Origin: Octopus sinensis
Lineage: Eukaryota
Assembly: GCF_006345805.1 (NCBI RefSeq)
Contig: NC_042998.1
Span: 20,646,001-20,710,000, forward strand
Length of the DNA stretch: 64,000 nt
Reading direction: 5' to 3'
The first letter of the stretch is position 1; each line of letters begins with the position of its first letter. Positions 61,831 to 64,000 of this stretch are shown one piece after another. The notes under the pieces were generated by a model. The model was given only the letters and a program-made list of their open reading frames with translations, had not been told where the DNA came from and searched no databases. The position numbers were made by a program, and so were the translations under genes.

Positions 61831-62551
61831 AAGAAGTTTTTTTTTGTTTTTGAAAGGATCCCAGGACTTGTTACCGAACTGTGTTGCGCTTGTAGCAGAC
61901 ACTGCCAAAGTAGGCCACAGACCTCATCAGCTTAGGCAAGGTGATTGACACCAGGAGGTGAAGACCCAAAAAAGGGTCCAGTAAGGAAAAGAGTGATGAG
62001 TGAAGATCTCTTCCAACTCTCAATAAAGAAATGCAAACAATGTCTGTGTAAAATGTGCAAATATAAGTGCAGGCATGGCTGCGTGGTTAAGAAAGTATGC
62101 ATCCCAACCACATGGTTCCAGGTTCAGTCCCACTGCATGGCACCTTGGACAAGTGTCTTCTACAATAGCCCCAAGCCAACCAAAACCTTGTGCATGGATT
62201 TGGTAGATGGAAACTGAAAGAAGCCTATCATATGGGTGTATGTGTGTATGCATGTGTGTGTATGCCTTTGTCCCCCGACACCACTTAATAACCAGTGTTG
62301 GTGTGTTTATGTCCCTGTAACCTGGCAGTTCAGCAAACAAGGCCGACAGAATAAGTACGAGGCTTAACAACAGAGTAAGTACTGAAGTCAATTTGTTGAA
62401 CTAAAATTCTTCGAGGTGGTGCCCCAGCATGGCCACAGTCTAATGGTTGAAACGAGTAAAAGATAAAAGACATAAATCATTTTTATAAGGGGCAAGTTAG
62501 CAACACAAACTGAAATATGAACAAGAAAAAGAAAAAAATGTGGGGCCTTAC

Positions 62552-62672
62552 AGCGGACACCTTCTTCCATGTCCCATCGAGCGTCAATGATGTCTGGTTG
62601 TCGACTGAACAGTGTGAATGTGATGTCATAATGGGTGTGAAACCGCAGTGATCGCATGCTCTCTTTGTCAGG
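62552..62672 (-). CDS. PIGS: PIG-S coding exon (5'-most exon in this window)
   Basis: TTCCAG/GTAAGG sites, 121 nt, phases 0 to 1; encodes PDKESMRSLRFHTHYDITFTLFSRQPDIIDARWDMEEGVR (human YEITFSL...WDIEGAVR). Confidence 0.93.
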
Positions 62673-62744
62673 CTGGAAACAGAACAGGAGAAACTTTTTA
62701 TTTTTGTGTTACCAACATAGAAGTAGATAGATTCATTTATCGGC

Positions 62745-64000
62745 ATTATTTTAACTACAAAAAGGCGGCGAGCTGGCAGAATCGTTAGCACGCAGGGCGA
62801 AATGCTTGGCGGTTTTTCCTCTGCCACTACGTTCTGAGTTCAAATTACACCGAAGTCGACTTTGCCTTTCATCCTTTCGGGGTCGATTAAATAAGTACCA
62901 GTTATGCACTGGGGTCGATGTAATCAACTTAATACCTATGTCTGTCCTTGTTTGTCCCCTCTGTGTTTAGCCCCTTGTGGGTAGTAAAGAAATAGGTATT
63001 TCATCTACCGCTACATTCCGAGTTCAAATCCTGCTGAGGTCGGCTTTGTGTTCATCTTTTCGAGGTCGATGAATTAAGTACCAGTCATGTACTGAGGTCG
63101 ATGTAATTGACTCTCCCCTTGCTCAAATTTCAGGCCTTGTGCCTATAACAGAAACGATTATTTTAACTACAAAAAGGCGACGAGCTGGCAGAATCGTTAG
63201 CATGCCAGGCAAAATGCTTAACAGTATTTCGTCTACCGCTACATTCTGAGTTCAAATTCTGCTGAGGTCGGCTTTGCTTTCATCTTTTCGAGGTCGATGA
63301 ATTAAGTACCAGTCATGTACTGGGGTCGATGTAATTGACTCTCCCCTTGCTCAAATTTCAGGCCTTGTGCCTATAACAGAAACGATTATTTTAACTACAA
63401 AAAGGCGACGAGCTGGCAGAATCGTTAGCATGCCAGGCAAAATGCTTAACAGTATTTCGTCTACCGCTACATTCTGAGTTCAAATTCTGCTGAGGTCGGC
63501 TTTGCTTTCATCTTTTCGAGGTCGATGAATTAAGTACCAGTCATGTACTGGGGTCGATGTAATTGACTCTCCCCTTGCTCAAATTTCAGGCCTTGTGCCT
63601 ATACAGAAACGATTATTTTAACTACAAAAAGGCGACGAGCTGGCAGAATCGTTAGCATGCCAGGCAAAATGCTTAACAGTATTTCGTCTACCGCTACATT
63701 CTGAGTTCAAATTCTGCTGAGGTCGGCTTTGCTTTCTTTCATCTTTTCGAGGTCGATGAATTAAGTACCAGTCATGTACTGGGGTCGATGTAATTGACTC
63801 TCCCCTTGCTCAAATTTCAGGCCTTGTGCCTATAACAGAAACGATTATTTTAACTACAAAAAGGCGACGAGCTGGCAGAATCGTTAGCATGCCAGGCAAA
63901 ATGCTTAACAGTATTTCGTCTACCGCTACATTCTGAGTTCAAATTCTGCTGAGGTCGGCTTTGCTTTCATCTTTTCGAGGTCGATGAATTAAGTACCAGT
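62745..64000 (+). repeat. Head-to-tail tandem array of family A SINE (~228-bp period), running off the window
   Basis: ATTATTTTAACTACAAAAAGGCG recurs at 62745, 63157, ~63385, ~63612 and ~63844; the array units are nearly identical. Confidence 0.92.

Overview
AT-rich, microsatellite- and transposon-dense eukaryotic DNA. The repeat families look like those of Octopus (coleoid cephalopod); this species call is inferred from repeat content. Two convergent host genes are present. (i) On the + strand, the terminal coding exon (5379-5656) of a secreted TSR/spondin-type protein, most like the mindin/spondin-2 C-terminus. (ii) On the - strand, the last 10 coding exons of PIGS (GPI transamidase subunit PIG-S), 62672 down to 24610. 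They splice in frame with GT-AG sites into 343 aa ending in KKAE; the 5' exons lie beyond the window. The rest is mobile and repeat DNA: several tRNA-derived SINE families, a young 5'-truncated RTE LINE with a PHD-like finger inside ORF2 plus many 3'-end fragments, CR1, mariner and maT remnants, Helitrons, MITEs, Penelope-like LTR fragments with hammerhead-like motifs, and minisatellites. The most notable observations are a U6 snRNA fused to a SINE within one apparent target-site duplication, a full-length variant U2 copy in a PIGS intron, the PHD-containing RT, atypical hammerheads, a head-to-tail SINE array, and fold-back hairpins close to PIGS splice acceptors. Most ORFs in the supplied track are microsatellite artefacts. 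Repeat boundaries were read by eye and are approximate.
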